Shown here in pieces: positions 15,352 through 23,800 of a stretch of 32,000 nt of DNA; position 1 is the stretch's first letter, and each line of letters opens with the position of its first letter. The DNA lies in contig NC_007335.2 in NCBI RefSeq assembly GCF_000012465.1, forward strand, positions 1,530,001 to 1,562,000, written 5' to 3'. The stretch is from Prochlorococcus marinus str. NATL2A (lineage in GTDB: Bacteria > Cyanobacteriota > Cyanobacteriia > PCC-6307 > Cyanobiaceae). The notes under the pieces were generated by a model. It was not told the origin of the DNA, ran no database searches, and was given only the letters and a program-made list of their open reading frames with translations. Position numbers and translations under genes: made by a program.

Positions 15352-15792
15352 CTACTCATAAGCGCCTATCTCAGGAGAAAAAGGTCTTTGGAAACTTTCT
15401 ATTTCAAAACCATGGGCTTCTAACATTTTTCTCATTACTACATCATTGAGTAAATATAACTCTTTATCGTGCAACTCAATCTCAACATGTCTATTACCTA
15501 AATGATAAGCAGCTTTTAACAATTTCAATCTGTTTTCTGAGCTAATTCTTATTACATCTTCGTGAGCGGCCACTATGCTTACAAAAACTTTTGAATTCTC
15601 ACTTTTCAACACCTCTCCAGGAATCAAACGACCTCCTCCTCGAGGCAAATTTAAAATGACATCAATTCCATCTAAAGTTGATCGTTTACCTCGAAGCTGA
15701 GTCCTCTCTTTTGCAGACAAGGGAAGTAAAAGGTTATTTTTTATCACTTGAGCACTAATTCTCTCTGTGAGATAGATTAATTCCTGAGACAA
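15352..15792 (-). CDS. ureE: Urease accessory protein UreE (no His-rich tail)
   Basis: It sits between ureF and the divergent ureD. The LGNRH motif is typical of UreE. It has a TTG start and no in-frame ATG near the N-terminus. Confidence 0.8.
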   Translation of the reverse strand: MSQELIYLTERISAQVIKNNLLLPLSAKERTQLRGKRSTLDGIDVILNLPRGGGRLIPGEVLKSENSKVFVSIVAAHEDVIRISSENRLKLLKAAYHLGNRHVEIELHDKELYLLNDVVMRKMLEAHGFEIESFQRPFSPEIGAYE

Positions 15793-15894
15793 GCTTAAAT
15801 TCTTTGTAGGTCTAAATTTTATAGGTTATGTCTACCAGATCAGACATTTATTATTTTCTCAAAACTAAATGAGCAAAAACGATAAAGCTATTCA

Positions 15895-16818
15895 ATGAAA
15901 TCTCAATGGCATGGAACTTGTGATCTAAGGCTTTTCAAGAGCTCAAGTTCTAACAATAAAGATATTGTCAAAACAATTCATCAAGCGAAAAGTACTGCTC
16001 CATTAAAAGTAATGAGAGTATTCAATGATAAAAAAGATGGGAGATGTGAAATACCAATTCTCCATAGTGCGGGAGGAATTGTTGGAGGTGATCAACTAAC
16101 AATAAATGTAAACGCCGAAGAAGATAGCATTGCTATATGTTCTTCGGTAGCAGCTCAAAAAGTTTATGGAAGTAGAGGCAGATCAAAATTAAATCCGCAA
16201 GGGAGCTGGGCAAATCAAAAATGTTTTTTTCAAATTAAACAAAATTCTGACTTTGAGTGGATGCCTCAAGAATTAATTGTTTATCAGGGAGGTCTTTTTG
16301 AACAAAATATGACTGTTAATCTTGATCCGTCATCAAGCTTTTTATGTGTTGATTTGGTTCGTTTGGGACGAACTGCTGCAGAGGAACAACTTGGTAGTGG
16401 AGTATGGAGATCATCTTTGGAAATCTTTAGGGATAATAATCAAGGAAAACATTATGAATTTAGTGATCGCTTAGAACTATCTGGAGAAGCTCTAAAATCC
16501 ATTCATGGCTTAGAACAGAAACCAGTATTTGGATCTTTAACTTGGATAACACCTAAAAAAATAATGCAAAAAGATTTGTCTGATTTGCTAGTCGAATGCC
16601 GACAACAAAGAGCTGGACTTGAGGGATTTATGACTTGTAGTCTTCTTGAAAATGGCATATCAGCAAGATACACTGGATCATCAACACAATCAGCTCGATT
16701 TTGGTTTTATAGAATTTGGAGTCTTACTAGAGTTTTAAGAAAATTAAGCATGCCTGAATACATGAGAATTTGGCCGATGCAAGAAAATCCATCAAGAGAT
16801 ATAAAATGTCCATTATGA
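15895..16818 (+). CDS. ureD: Urease accessory protein UreD
   Basis: A 307-aa ORF immediately upstream of ureABC and divergent from ureEFG. It has the UreD-like HSAGGIVGGD motif. Confidence 0.85.
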   Translation: MKSQWHGTCDLRLFKSSSSNNKDIVKTIHQAKSTAPLKVMRVFNDKKDGRCEIPILHSAGGIVGGDQLTINVNAEEDSIAICSSVAAQKVYGSRGRSKLNPQGSWANQKCFFQIKQNSDFEWMPQELIVYQGGLFEQNMTVNLDPSSSFLCVDLVRLGRTAAEEQLGSGVWRSSLEIFRDNNQGKHYEFSDRLELSGEALKSIHGLEQKPVFGSLTWITPKKIMQKDLSDLLVECRQQRAGLEGFMTCSLLENGISARYTGSSTQSARFWFYRIWSLTRVLRKLSMPEYMRIWPMQENPSRDIKCPL

Positions 16819-16867
16819 ACTTTTAAGCATTTTTTTGCTAGTAAAATCAGGTTCTAATTATTAAAAA

Positions 16868-17170
16868 ATGTACTTAAGCCCTCAAGAAAAAGACAAATTA
16901 CTAGTAGTCACTGCTGCTCTTTTGGCAGAGCGAAGATTAAATAGAGGTTTGAAATTAAATCATCCTGAAGCCGTCGCTTGGCTCAGCTTTCAAGTACTTG
17001 AAGGTGCCAGAGATGGGAAGAGTGTCTCAACCTTAATGAACGAGGGAACCACATGGTTAACAAAAGAACAAGTCATGGAAGGCGTGCCAGAGCTCATCCA
17101 TGAAGTTCAAATAGAAGCTGTTTTTCCAGATGGAACGAAGCTGGTAACACTTCACAATCCAATTAGCTAA
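16868..17170 (+). CDS. ureA: Urease gamma subunit
   Basis: [37 protein letters not shown] is the canonical UreA N-terminus. Confidence 0.95.
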   Translation: MYLSPQEKDKLLVVTAALLAERRLNRGLKLNHPEAVAWLSFQVLEGARDGKSVSTLMNEGTTWLTKEQVMEGVPELIHEVQIEAVFPDGTKLVTLHNPIS

Positions 17171-17178
17171 CTACAATT

Positions 17179-17499
17179 ATGTCCTATTTAATTCCTGGAG
17201 AACTTATTCCCGAAGATGGTTTTATTGAACTAAACAAAGGAAGAGAAACCACAACCCTAAAAGTCGCTAACACCTCTGATCGACCTATACAAATTGGCTC
17301 TCATTATCATTTCTTTGAGTCCAATAAAGGTCTAGAATTTGATCGCAAAAAATCTCTCGGGAAAAGGTTAGACATCCCCGCCGGTACTGCTATCAGATTT
17401 GAGCCAGGTGACCAAAGAGAAGTTAATCTTGTTCCTTATGCTGGAGACCGTAAAATTTTTGGGTTCAACGGACTTATAAACAATTCACTTCAACAATAA
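17179..17499 (+). CDS. ureB: Urease beta subunit
   Basis: IPGE...[30 protein letters not shown] is the canonical UreB motif. Confidence 0.95.
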   Translation: MSYLIPGELIPEDGFIELNKGRETTTLKVANTSDRPIQIGSHYHFFESNKGLEFDRKKSLGKRLDIPAGTAIRFEPGDQREVNLVPYAGDRKIFGFNGLINNSLQQ

Positions 17500-17500
17500 G

Positions 17501-19210
17501 ATGCCTTTCAAAATTTCTCGCCAAGCCTATGCAGAGACTTATGGTCCGACGAAAGGCGATCGCATTAGACTTGCAGATACGGACTTAATACTCGAAGTTG
17601 AACAGGATCATACTCACTATGGAGACGAAGTTAAATTTGGTGGGGGAAAAGTTATTCGTGATGGGATGGGACAATCACAACAAAGTAGAGACAATGGAGT
17701 AGTAGATACAGTTATCACAAATGCGCTAATTTTGGATTGGTGGGGAATTGTTAAAGCTGATATTGGCATCAAAGACGGAAAAATCTCAGGTATCGGAAAA
17801 GCTGGAAATCCGGATACTCAAGAAGGTGTCAACATTATTGTAGGCGCCAGTACTGAAGCAATCGCAGGAGAAGGAAGCATTATTACTGCAGGAGCTATTG
17901 ATAGTCACATTCACTTTATCTGTCCGCAACAAATAGAAACTGCTTTAGCTAGTGGGGTTACCACAATGCTCGGAGGAGGGACAGGACCAGCAACAGGTAC
18001 TAATGCAACGACATGTACACCTGGAGCATTTCACATCTCAAGAATGCTGCAATCTGCAGAGGGATTTCCTGTTAATTTGGGATTCTTTGGAAAAGGCAAT
18101 GCAACTAACAAAGCAGCATTAGAAGAACAAGTAAGAGCAGGTGCTTGTGGGTTAAAACTGCATGAAGACTGGGGAACAACACCGGCCTGTATTGATTCCT
18201 GCCTAAGTGTTGCAGATCAACTAGACGTACAAGTTTGTATTCATACAGATACCCTAAATGAAGCTGGTTTTGTTGAAGATACAATTAAGGCAATAAGAGG
18301 GCGAACAATTCATACCTTCCATACAGAAGGAGCGGGAGGTGGTCACGCTCCCGACATTATCAAAATTTGTGGAGAATCAAATGTGATTCCCAGCAGTACA
18401 AATCCAACTAGGCCTTTCACTCTAAATACTCTTGAAGAGCATTTAGACATGTTGATGGTGTGTCATCATTTAGATCCCAAAATTCCAGAGGATGTTGCAT
18501 TTGCTGAGTCAAGAATACGTCGTGAAACTATTGCTGCTGAGGACATACTCCACGACTTAGGAGCCTTTTCTATTATTGCTAGTGACTCCCAGGCTATGGG
18601 TAGAGTTGGGGAGGTGATTAGCCGGACTTTTCAAACTGCTCATAAAATGAAAGTTCAAAGAGGAGCCTTACCTGAGGATAATCAAAGGAATGATAATCAT
18701 CGTCTGAAAAGATATATCTCAAAAGTCACTATTAATCCTGCGATAGCTCATGGAATCAGTGCTCATGTTGGTTCGGTAGAAGTTGGAAAACTAGCAGACT
18801 TAGTACTTTGGAAGCCAGGTTTTTTTGGAATTAAACCTGACTTAGTAGTCAAAGGAGGATGTATCGCATGGGCTCAAATGGGAGATGCAAATGCCTCGAT
18901 TCCTACTCCACAACCAGTTCATGGTCGTCCAATGTTTTCTTCCTTTGGAAAGGCAATAAATCCTACATGTCTGACTTTCTTAAGCGAGAGTGCAATAGAC
19001 GCTGGTGTCCCTGAACGACTCAAATTGGAACGTTCTTATGCTCCCGTTAAAGACACAAGAAAAATATCTAAACAATCAATGAAACTTAATGATGCAAGAC
19101 CAAAAATCGAAGTAGACCCCCAAACATATGAAGTTTTTGCAAACGGAGAGCTTTTGACTTGTGAACCTGCTGAATTACTACCACTTGCACAAAGATATCT
19201 ATTACTTTAG
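17501..19210 (+). CDS. ureC: Urease alpha subunit
   Basis: It has the amidohydrolase nickel ligands ([16 protein letters not shown] with the carbamylated Lys, IHTDTLNE), MVCHHL and a 569-aa length. Confidence 0.97.
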   Translation: MPFKISRQAYAETYGPTKGDRIRLADTDLILEVEQDHTHYGDEVKFGGGKVIRDGMGQSQQSRDNGVVDTVITNALILDWWGIVKADIGIKDGKISGIGKAGNPDTQEGVNIIVGASTEAIAGEGSIITAGAIDSHIHFICPQQIETALASGVTTMLGGGTGPATGTNATTCTPGAFHISRMLQSAEGFPVNLGFFGKGNATNKAALEEQVRAGACGLKLHEDWGTTPACIDSCLSVADQLDVQVCIHTDTLNEAGFVEDTIKAIRGRTIHTFHTEGAGGGHAPDIIKICGESNVIPSSTNPTRPFTLNTLEEHLDMLMVCHHLDPKIPEDVAFAESRIRRETIAAEDILHDLGAFSIIASDSQAMGRVGEVISRTFQTAHKMKVQRGALPEDNQRNDNHRLKRYISKVTINPAIAHGISAHVGSVEVGKLADLVLWKPGFFGIKPDLVVKGGCIAWAQMGDANASIPTPQPVHGRPMFSSFGKAINPTCLTFLSESAIDAGVPERLKLERSYAPVKDTRKISKQSMKLNDARPKIEVDPQTYEVFANGELLTCEPAELLPLAQRYLLL

Positions 19211-19233
19211 TTGATATTAAATTTCAAAAAATC

Positions 19234-19461
19234 TTAGGCTACGAGTGAATCTTCTTTATTAAAAGCCGTTACTCGGAGTCGTTGTTCTAAATTTGGTCCA
19301 TATGACTCTATTCCCCAAATTTCCAATTGCGAACCTTCTGGTGCCACAGACGAGAATACTTCTTGAGGAAAAATAGCTCGTTCTAAAAAAAATCTATCAG
19401 GTCCAATGCATTTCAGTATGACCATGCTAGAAGTGATGTTTCTATAAGAGAAATCGACCAT
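19234..19461 (-). CDS. DUF1830-like cyanobacterial protein
   Basis: MVDFSYRNITSSMVILKCIGPDRFFLERAIFPQEVFSSVAPEGSQLEIW resembles the DUF1830 pattern (Y.N.T......I......FERV.FPG....F.AP....LEI), which I recall from memory. The ATG at 19461 is preferred over the TTG at 19470. Confidence 0.6.
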   Translation of the reverse strand: MVDFSYRNITSSMVILKCIGPDRFFLERAIFPQEVFSSVAPEGSQLEIWGIESYGPNLEQRLRVTAFNKEDSLVA

Positions 19462-19510
19462 AACCCACAATTATTTGTGGAAATTAAAACAAATAAATAA
19501 AAAAGTATTT

Positions 19511-19524
19511 GTAATTTTTTATAC
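19511..19524. promoter_or_regulatory. NtcA-type palindrome TGTA-N8-TACA
   Basis: tGTAATTTTTTATACa is followed on the plus strand, after 21 nt, by TAAACT (TAN3T) at 19546-19551. It lies about 95 nt upstream of the ORF at 19619. A chance match is possible. Confidence 0.3.
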
Positions 19525-19618
19525 AAAAGATATTAATAAAAATATAAACTTTTTATTAATATGTCCAAATCGAACGTCCCCTTTAAGACCGATTAGTTAT
19601 AAAAAAAATTAAAAATTC

Positions 19619-19798
19619 ATGATCTCTACAGCAACACGAATAAGAATAAAAAATATACTAAGTCGACTAGAAAGCAATCAATTAGTCACACTAGAAGAAA
19701 GAATTTTCCTCAATAAATTATCCAATGTTTCTCCATTGGTATCAGAATGGGTTGCATCTGCATTAGGGGCAGAGGCTAGTTCTATAGACAATGAATAG
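19619..19798 (+). CDS. Small hypothetical protein (59 aa)
   Basis: ATG-initiated, it reads MISTATRIRIKNILSRLESNQLVTLEERIFLNKLSNVSPLVSEWVASALGAEASSIDNE with a helical periodicity. It competes with the TTG-only antisense track ORF at 19678-19905. Confidence 0.4.
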   Translation: MISTATRIRIKNILSRLESNQLVTLEERIFLNKLSNVSPLVSEWVASALGAEASSIDNE

Positions 19799-19909
19799 CC
19801 ATGAAGATTAATGGAAACTAGATTTCCATTAAGTAGTTTAAAAGAAATCAAAGCTATACTTTTTAAAGAATATTTAATCAAAGGAATAACAAGTAATAAG
19901 TCCAAGGGT

Positions 19910-19923
19910 GTATCTGAAGATAC
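19910..19923. promoter_or_regulatory. NtcA-type palindrome TGTATC-N4-GATACA upstream of the porin
   Basis: tGTATCTGAAGATACa has perfect 6-bp arms. It lies 90 nt upstream of the porin ATG. There is no canonical TAN3T at the usual 22-nt spacing. Confidence 0.4.
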
Positions 19924-19999
19924 AAAAAAATTCCTAGCAATGTAACAACGAACACATCGAATCTAGTTATTAATTATAAAAATAGATTGCTCTTAATTT

Positions 20000-20008
20000 G
20001 TGTGAGGA
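20000..20008 (+). promoter_or_regulatory. Shine-Dalgarno region with 9-nt complementarity to the conserved Yfr1 sRNA loop motif
   Basis: GTGTGAGGA is complementary to UCCUCACAC, which is part of the conserved Yfr1 motif ACUCCUCACAC. It ends 4 nt before the porin ATG. Confidence 0.35.
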
Positions 20009-20012
20009 CACA

Positions 20013-21020
20013 ATGAAGTTATTTCAGCGTTTGCTGGTGGCTCCTGCTGCACTGGGTCTAATGGCTCCAGTTGCAGTTAATGCAGATACTGCATTTTCAT
20101 CAACCACATCTCTTTCAGGTGGTGCTGTTTTTACTATCGGTTCTGTTGCCGATGGAGGAACAAGTGATACGGAAGAAGAACTCTATATGCAATACGGATA
20201 TGGACTGGACGTAACTTCCAGTTTTACCGGTGAAGATATGCTCTACATGGGTATGGAAACTGGTAATGCTAGTGGTCCATTAGCAAGCATGGATAGCTCA
20301 ACCGGCGGAACTGGTGCTATTACATTGCATTCTTTGTACTATGCCTTCCCTGTGGGCGATCTTTCAGTAACTGCTGGACCGTTACTTGATCAGGATGATG
20401 TTGTTGCTGCAACAACTTCTGCTTACTCAGATGCTTTCAGACTAGGCAGCATGCCTTACTCATTGGCTGGTAACGAAACTGGTCCTGGAGTTGGTGTTGC
20501 TTACTCTGGAGACAATGGATTCGTAGGATCTGTAAGCTTCGTTTCTGTTGGAGGCTCTGATTCAACAGTAGGAATCGGCGCTGATGATGGAGATGATGTT
20601 TCTACATTCACTCTTGGTTATGACGGCGACGGCTTTGGTGGCGGACTTGTAATCGCTACTAATGACGGCGAAGCGGGTGAAGGCTATGACACATTTGGTG
20701 GCGGTATCTATTACAGCCCTGAGTCAGTTCCTGCGACAATAAGCGTTGCTTATGACACAACAGATCCAGAGACTGGTTCTGATGCAACTGATTTGTTCGT
20801 TGGTGTTGACTACGAAGTTGGCCCTGGAACATTGAGTGCTGCTTACAATTCAACTGATATTGATGGCAGTGATTCTGAAGACTCAACAGGATTTGAAGTT
20901 TCTTACAGCTACGGACTTAATGACTATGTCTCAGTAACAGCTGGATTCTTTACTGTTGAAGATACAAGTACTGGTGATGACGATACTGGTGTAGTTGCTG
21001 AGACTTATTTCAGCTTCTAA
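20013..21020 (+). CDS. Outer-membrane porin (Som-type leader), highly acidic
   Basis: The leader MKLFQRLLVAPAALGLMAPVAVNA is typical of marine picocyanobacterial porins. The sequence has alternating beta-strand patterns, is rich in G/S/T/D, and ends in YFSF with a terminal Phe. The track start at 19998 is TTG. Confidence 0.8.
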   Translation: MKLFQRLLVAPAALGLMAPVAVNADTAFSSTTSLSGGAVFTIGSVADGGTSDTEEELYMQYGYGLDVTSSFTGEDMLYMGMETGNASGPLASMDSSTGGTGAITLHSLYYAFPVGDLSVTAGPLLDQDDVVAATTSAYSDAFRLGSMPYSLAGNETGPGVGVAYSGDNGFVGSVSFVSVGGSDSTVGIGADDGDDVSTFTLGYDGDGFGGGLVIATNDGEAGEGYDTFGGGIYYSPESVPATISVAYDTTDPETGSDATDLFVGVDYEVGPGTLSAAYNSTDIDGSDSEDSTGFEVSYSYGLNDYVSVTAGFFTVEDTSTGDDDTGVVAETYFSF

Positions 21021-21030
21021 ACCTTAAAGT

Positions 21031-21082
21031 TTTATCCAATAAAAAGCCTCCTAATAAAATGGGAGGCTTTTTATTGGATAAA
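21031..21082. terminator. Long perfect inverted repeat, an intrinsic terminator after the porin
   Basis: tttatccaataaaaagcctcc (21031-21051) is the exact reverse complement of 21062-21082. The GC core gcctcc/ggaggc is followed by ttttt. Confidence 0.7.
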
Positions 21083-21129
21083 TACAAAAATTAATTTCAA
21101 AATTTAAGTTAACAAGAAAACTAATTTTC

Positions 21130-21264
21130 TTAACTTGATTTATTATTTTCTTTTAGAAAATTATTTGATTTAATTAACCCTTCATAAGGGTCAAGTTTAT
21201 TTAATCTAATCATATCTTCATAAGGATCGGGACTACCTTGAAGATTTTTTTTGGTTTTTCTCAT
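21130..21264 (-). CDS. Small hypothetical ORF (44 aa) with a duplicated DPYE motif
   Basis: It runs ATG to TAA and reads MRKTKKNLQGSPDPYEDMIRLNKLDPYEGLIKSNNFLKENNKSS. There is no family support. Confidence 0.2.
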   Translation of the reverse strand: MRKTKKNLQGSPDPYEDMIRLNKLDPYEGLIKSNNFLKENNKSS

Positions 21265-21300
21265 TTATATTTATTGATAAATAATTGATTTTTATTTTAT

Positions 21301-21477
21301 TTATGCCGCGATATCAGATCTTAAACATCTATCACGACTACCTTTAAACCATCTCATTTGATGCGTAATACGATGACCATTGGGATACAGGTAATTAAGG
21401 TTGCAAGTTGAAGAAAGCTTTTTATTTCTATCAACTCTTTCTTTTAAATCATCTGTATTATTTTGATTTGATTCCAT
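21301..21477 (-). CDS. Hypothetical protein (58 aa from the ATG; the track ORF extends to a TTG at 21570)
   Basis: An ORF only, reading MESNQNNTDDLKERVDRNKK...HRITHQMRWFKGSRDRC. Confidence 0.3.
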   Translation of the reverse strand: MESNQNNTDDLKERVDRNKKLSSTCNLNYLYPNGHRITHQMRWFKGSRDRCLRSDIAA

Positions 21478-21623
21478 AATGAATAACACATATTTACTAT
21501 TTAAAACATCTACTTCATGGATTGACGTCCATGACGAACATAGTGACGATTCCAAAACGAAATAATTCAAAAAGATTAACTAGATAAAATTAATCATTAA
21601 TTCAAGTTAATTTTTTAATGTCT

Positions 21624-21654
21624 AAAAAAAGCAGCTCAATGAGCTGCTTTTTTT
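21624..21654. terminator. Bidirectional intrinsic terminator
   Basis: It reads A7-gcagctc-aat-gagctgc-T7, placed just downstream of the minus-strand gene 21683-21955. Confidence 0.65.
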
Positions 21655-21682
21655 AACCAAGTCAATTTTATTTGTTTGGAGC

Positions 21683-21955
21683 TTAAAAATATTTAAAAGG
21701 AAAAAATATCTTATCAGGACCTGCAAGCATTACTGAAGCAGCAATAAGAGCAGTAACTACTTGAACACCAATAAATTGTTTTTGAAGGTACTTATAAGAA
21801 CCTGTTTCAGAAAGCTCAACTGATGGTTCATTCTCAGGTAATCCATAATAATAAATTTGAGAAATCTGAAAAAAGATCACTAAACCAGCAATTGCAGCTA
21901 AAGGATTAAATCCACCAAATGTGATTGTAGAGAAAGGGATTGTTGAGTAAAGCAT
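21683..21955 (-). CDS. Hypothetical membrane protein (90 aa, two hydrophobic helices)
   Basis: Hydrophobic segments are NPLAAIAGLVIFFQI and GVQVVTALIAASVMLAG. It has an ATG start and is followed by a terminator. Confidence 0.5.
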   Translation of the reverse strand: MLYSTIPFSTITFGGFNPLAAIAGLVIFFQISQIYYYGLPENEPSVELSETGSYKYLQKQFIGVQVVTALIAASVMLAGPDKIFFPFKYF

Positions 21956-21984
21956 TAAAAAAGCATCGCTCTTAACTTCTAATC

Positions 21985-22016
21985 ATTACAGCATTAATTT
22001 AGGGAAATGCTGTAAT
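21985..22016. other. 10-bp perfect stem-loop between rbp and the downstream membrane-protein gene
   Basis: attacagcat (21985-21994) pairs with atgctgtaat (22007-22016). There is no U-tract. Confidence 0.3.
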
Positions 22017-22047
22017 CGCTAATAGACTGAAATCTAAAATTAATTAA

Positions 22048-22296
22048 TTAATTATTTTTGGGTCTAGCTTTTGTAACTCTAATAGCCCTACCCATCCATT
22101 CCACATCTTGAAGATCGTCGATTGCTTTTTGCTCTTGAGCATCATCGCCCATGTCAACAAAAGCGAAACCTCTTTTTCTCCCAGTTTCTCTTTCTAATGG
22201 AAGCTTACAATTAGTGACTTCACCATAACTGCTAAAGACACCAACAATATCTTCAACCTCAGCATCAAACGAGAGATTCCCGATGTAAATAGTCAT
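22048..22296 (-). CDS. RRM-type RNA-binding protein (cyanobacterial Rbp, short form without a Gly-rich tail)
   Basis: RNP2 is IYIGNL and RNP1 is KRGFAFVDM. Confidence 0.9.
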   Translation of the reverse strand: MTIYIGNLSFDAEVEDIVGVFSSYGEVTNCKLPLERETGRKRGFAFVDMGDDAQEQKAIDDLQDVEWMGRAIRVTKARPKNN

Positions 22297-22492
22297 TGGA
22301 TAACGGACCTATAAAATTAATAATGAATGGTCCGAAAAGGGAAAAACCTCAATAATTTGGCTAGAAAGCAAAACTTGAAGAAAGCTATTTGGATAATTCA
22401 GGAATTATACTAGATCTTTTTACCCCAAAAAGGTCAAAACAAAAATTTGCTTTATCGTCCTGTAAAATAACAATACTATTTTTTTATTCTTT

Positions 22493-22669
22493 TTGACACA
22501 AGTAACTGTTGGAGAAAACGAAGGCATTGAATCAGCACTTCGCCGTTTTAAACGTCAAGTTTCCAAAGCCGGCATCTTTGGAGAGTTAAAACGCCTGCGT
22601 CATCATGAAACACCTGTCGAGAAATATAAACGTAAACTGCAACAAAGGCGCAGAAGCAGAAGAAGATAA
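22493..22669 (+). CDS. rpsU: 30S ribosomal protein S21
   Basis: A TTG-initiated 58-aa ORF reading (M)[57 protein letters not shown], the classic S21 sequence. There is an in-frame stop at 22463 and no upstream ATG. It is below the track cutoff. Confidence 0.9.
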   Translation: MTQVTVGENEGIESALRRFKRQVSKAGIFGELKRLRHHETPVEKYKRKLQQRRRSRRR

Positions 22670-22725
22670 ACAAATCAAAAAGATTTCAAAGCTCCGATTT
22701 CAAGATTTTTATTAGAATTGATCAA

Positions 22726-22950
22726 ATGGAAAGAGAAAACTGTTGGGTTTGGTTTAAAGGTTCACTGAAAGAAGAAGGAGTTTGGAAGGGTGGTTTTTCT
22801 TCTAAAAAAGATGAGAAGCCAGGAGTTCTTATTCAAAATCCATCTTATGCACAATGTCGTGTTCCCGATTGGCGCATAACGACTACAGAGCCCACAGATA
22901 AGAGAAAAGGGCCAACAATACCTGAAAACGCAGTTTGGAAAATTTTCTGA
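22726..22950 (+). CDS. Hypothetical protein (74 aa)
   Basis: ATG-initiated and Trp-rich (CWVWFKG, GVWKGG). I recognise no family. Confidence 0.4.
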   Translation: MERENCWVWFKGSLKEEGVWKGGFSSKKDEKPGVLIQNPSYAQCRVPDWRITTTEPTDKRKGPTIPENAVWKIF

Positions 22951-22997
22951 ATTTAATAAGTCACTGAATAATTATTCTCCATTTGATTACTGGATTA

Positions 22998-23510
22998 TTA
23001 ATTAGCTTTAACGATTGGGGCTAAATACCTAACAACAGCTGGAGTAATCAATAAAACCGCTATTAATCTAAACGCATGAATTGCTGCCACTGCAGCTCCT
23101 ACTCCAAGTTCTGCACCAACTAGGCTCATGCCGAGTGTTCCTCCAGGAGCAGATCCTAGTAAAGCTATTAAAGGATCAATTCCAAACAGACGAACTACTA
23201 AAAATCCAACAACTAGACCGGTTAGAATTAAAGTAATTGTGATCAAGATGGCTGGCTTCCAAAGAGTTTGTAATTCTGTAAGAGTATCTCTATTTATACC
23301 AGTACCAATAACAGTACCTACACCAATACCAAGCAAAGTTTTTGTACCTATAGGCCATTGAGCAGGTTCGAATTGTCCACTTATGCTTAGGCATCCTGCT
23401 GCCAAAATCGAGCCTAGAAGAGGAGCTGCAGGAATGCCGCTTAGGAGCATCAAACTTCCTAGAGCCGCTCCACTTAGAATGTATATGATCAAAGTCATCG
23501 GAGGATTCAT
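22998..23510 (-). CDS. Integral membrane protein, AbrB-duplication/COG3180-like
   Basis: It has about five hydrophobic helices. The N-terminal pattern SGAALGSLMLLSGIPAAPLLGSILAAG resembles that family. The call is from memory only. Confidence 0.5.
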   Translation of the reverse strand: MNPPMTLIIYILSGAALGSLMLLSGIPAAPLLGSILAAGCLSISGQFEPAQWPIGTKTLLGIGVGTVIGTGINRDTLTELQTLWKPAILITITLILTGLVVGFLVVRLFGIDPLIALLGSAPGGTLGMSLVGAELGVGAAVAAIHAFRLIAVLLITPAVVRYLAPIVKAN

Positions 23511-23800
23511 GATCCAAGCATTAAATCTATATAGTCAGTCTGATCTATTTTTTGTTTTTTAAACGAATTGGGCAATATCAATTTAAAAAGCCTCTCAAAA
23601 AACTTTGCCTTTGAATTAAATTATTAGACTCCTCCTTTCAGAAAACATGAAAAAGGCCTCTGCGCCTAAGTTTTGAAAAGATTTGGAATAGAATTGAATT
23701 TCCTTCCTTTTAACTAATAATCTAATTTTCAATCAAAAAGGTCAACATATTGTTAGTGTCTATTTCTAAATGATTATTTTTGTTATCTATAGATGTCCTG

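Noticed and set aside
15801-15833. Near-NtcA strings in the ureE/ureD intergenic region (GTAGGTCTAAATTT and TAG-N8-TAC).
   Set aside because: Neither has both the GTA and TAC halves, so I do not call them sites.
19678-19905. A 75-aa minus-strand track ORF between DUF1830 and the porin.
   Set aside because: It has only a TTG start and no ATG anywhere. It overlaps a more protein-like ATG-initiated plus-strand ORF (19619-19798). I kept it as the less likely alternative.
4914-23747. Recurrent GGTCAAAA-like octamers: 4916, 5210, 22429, the GGTCAACA variant at 23738, and the reverse complement at 7206 and 7541.
   Set aside because: Apart from the exact 13-mer pair reported separately, an 8-mer seen about five times on two strands of an AT-rich 32-kb window is not clearly above chance. 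Its positions show no consistent relation to genes.
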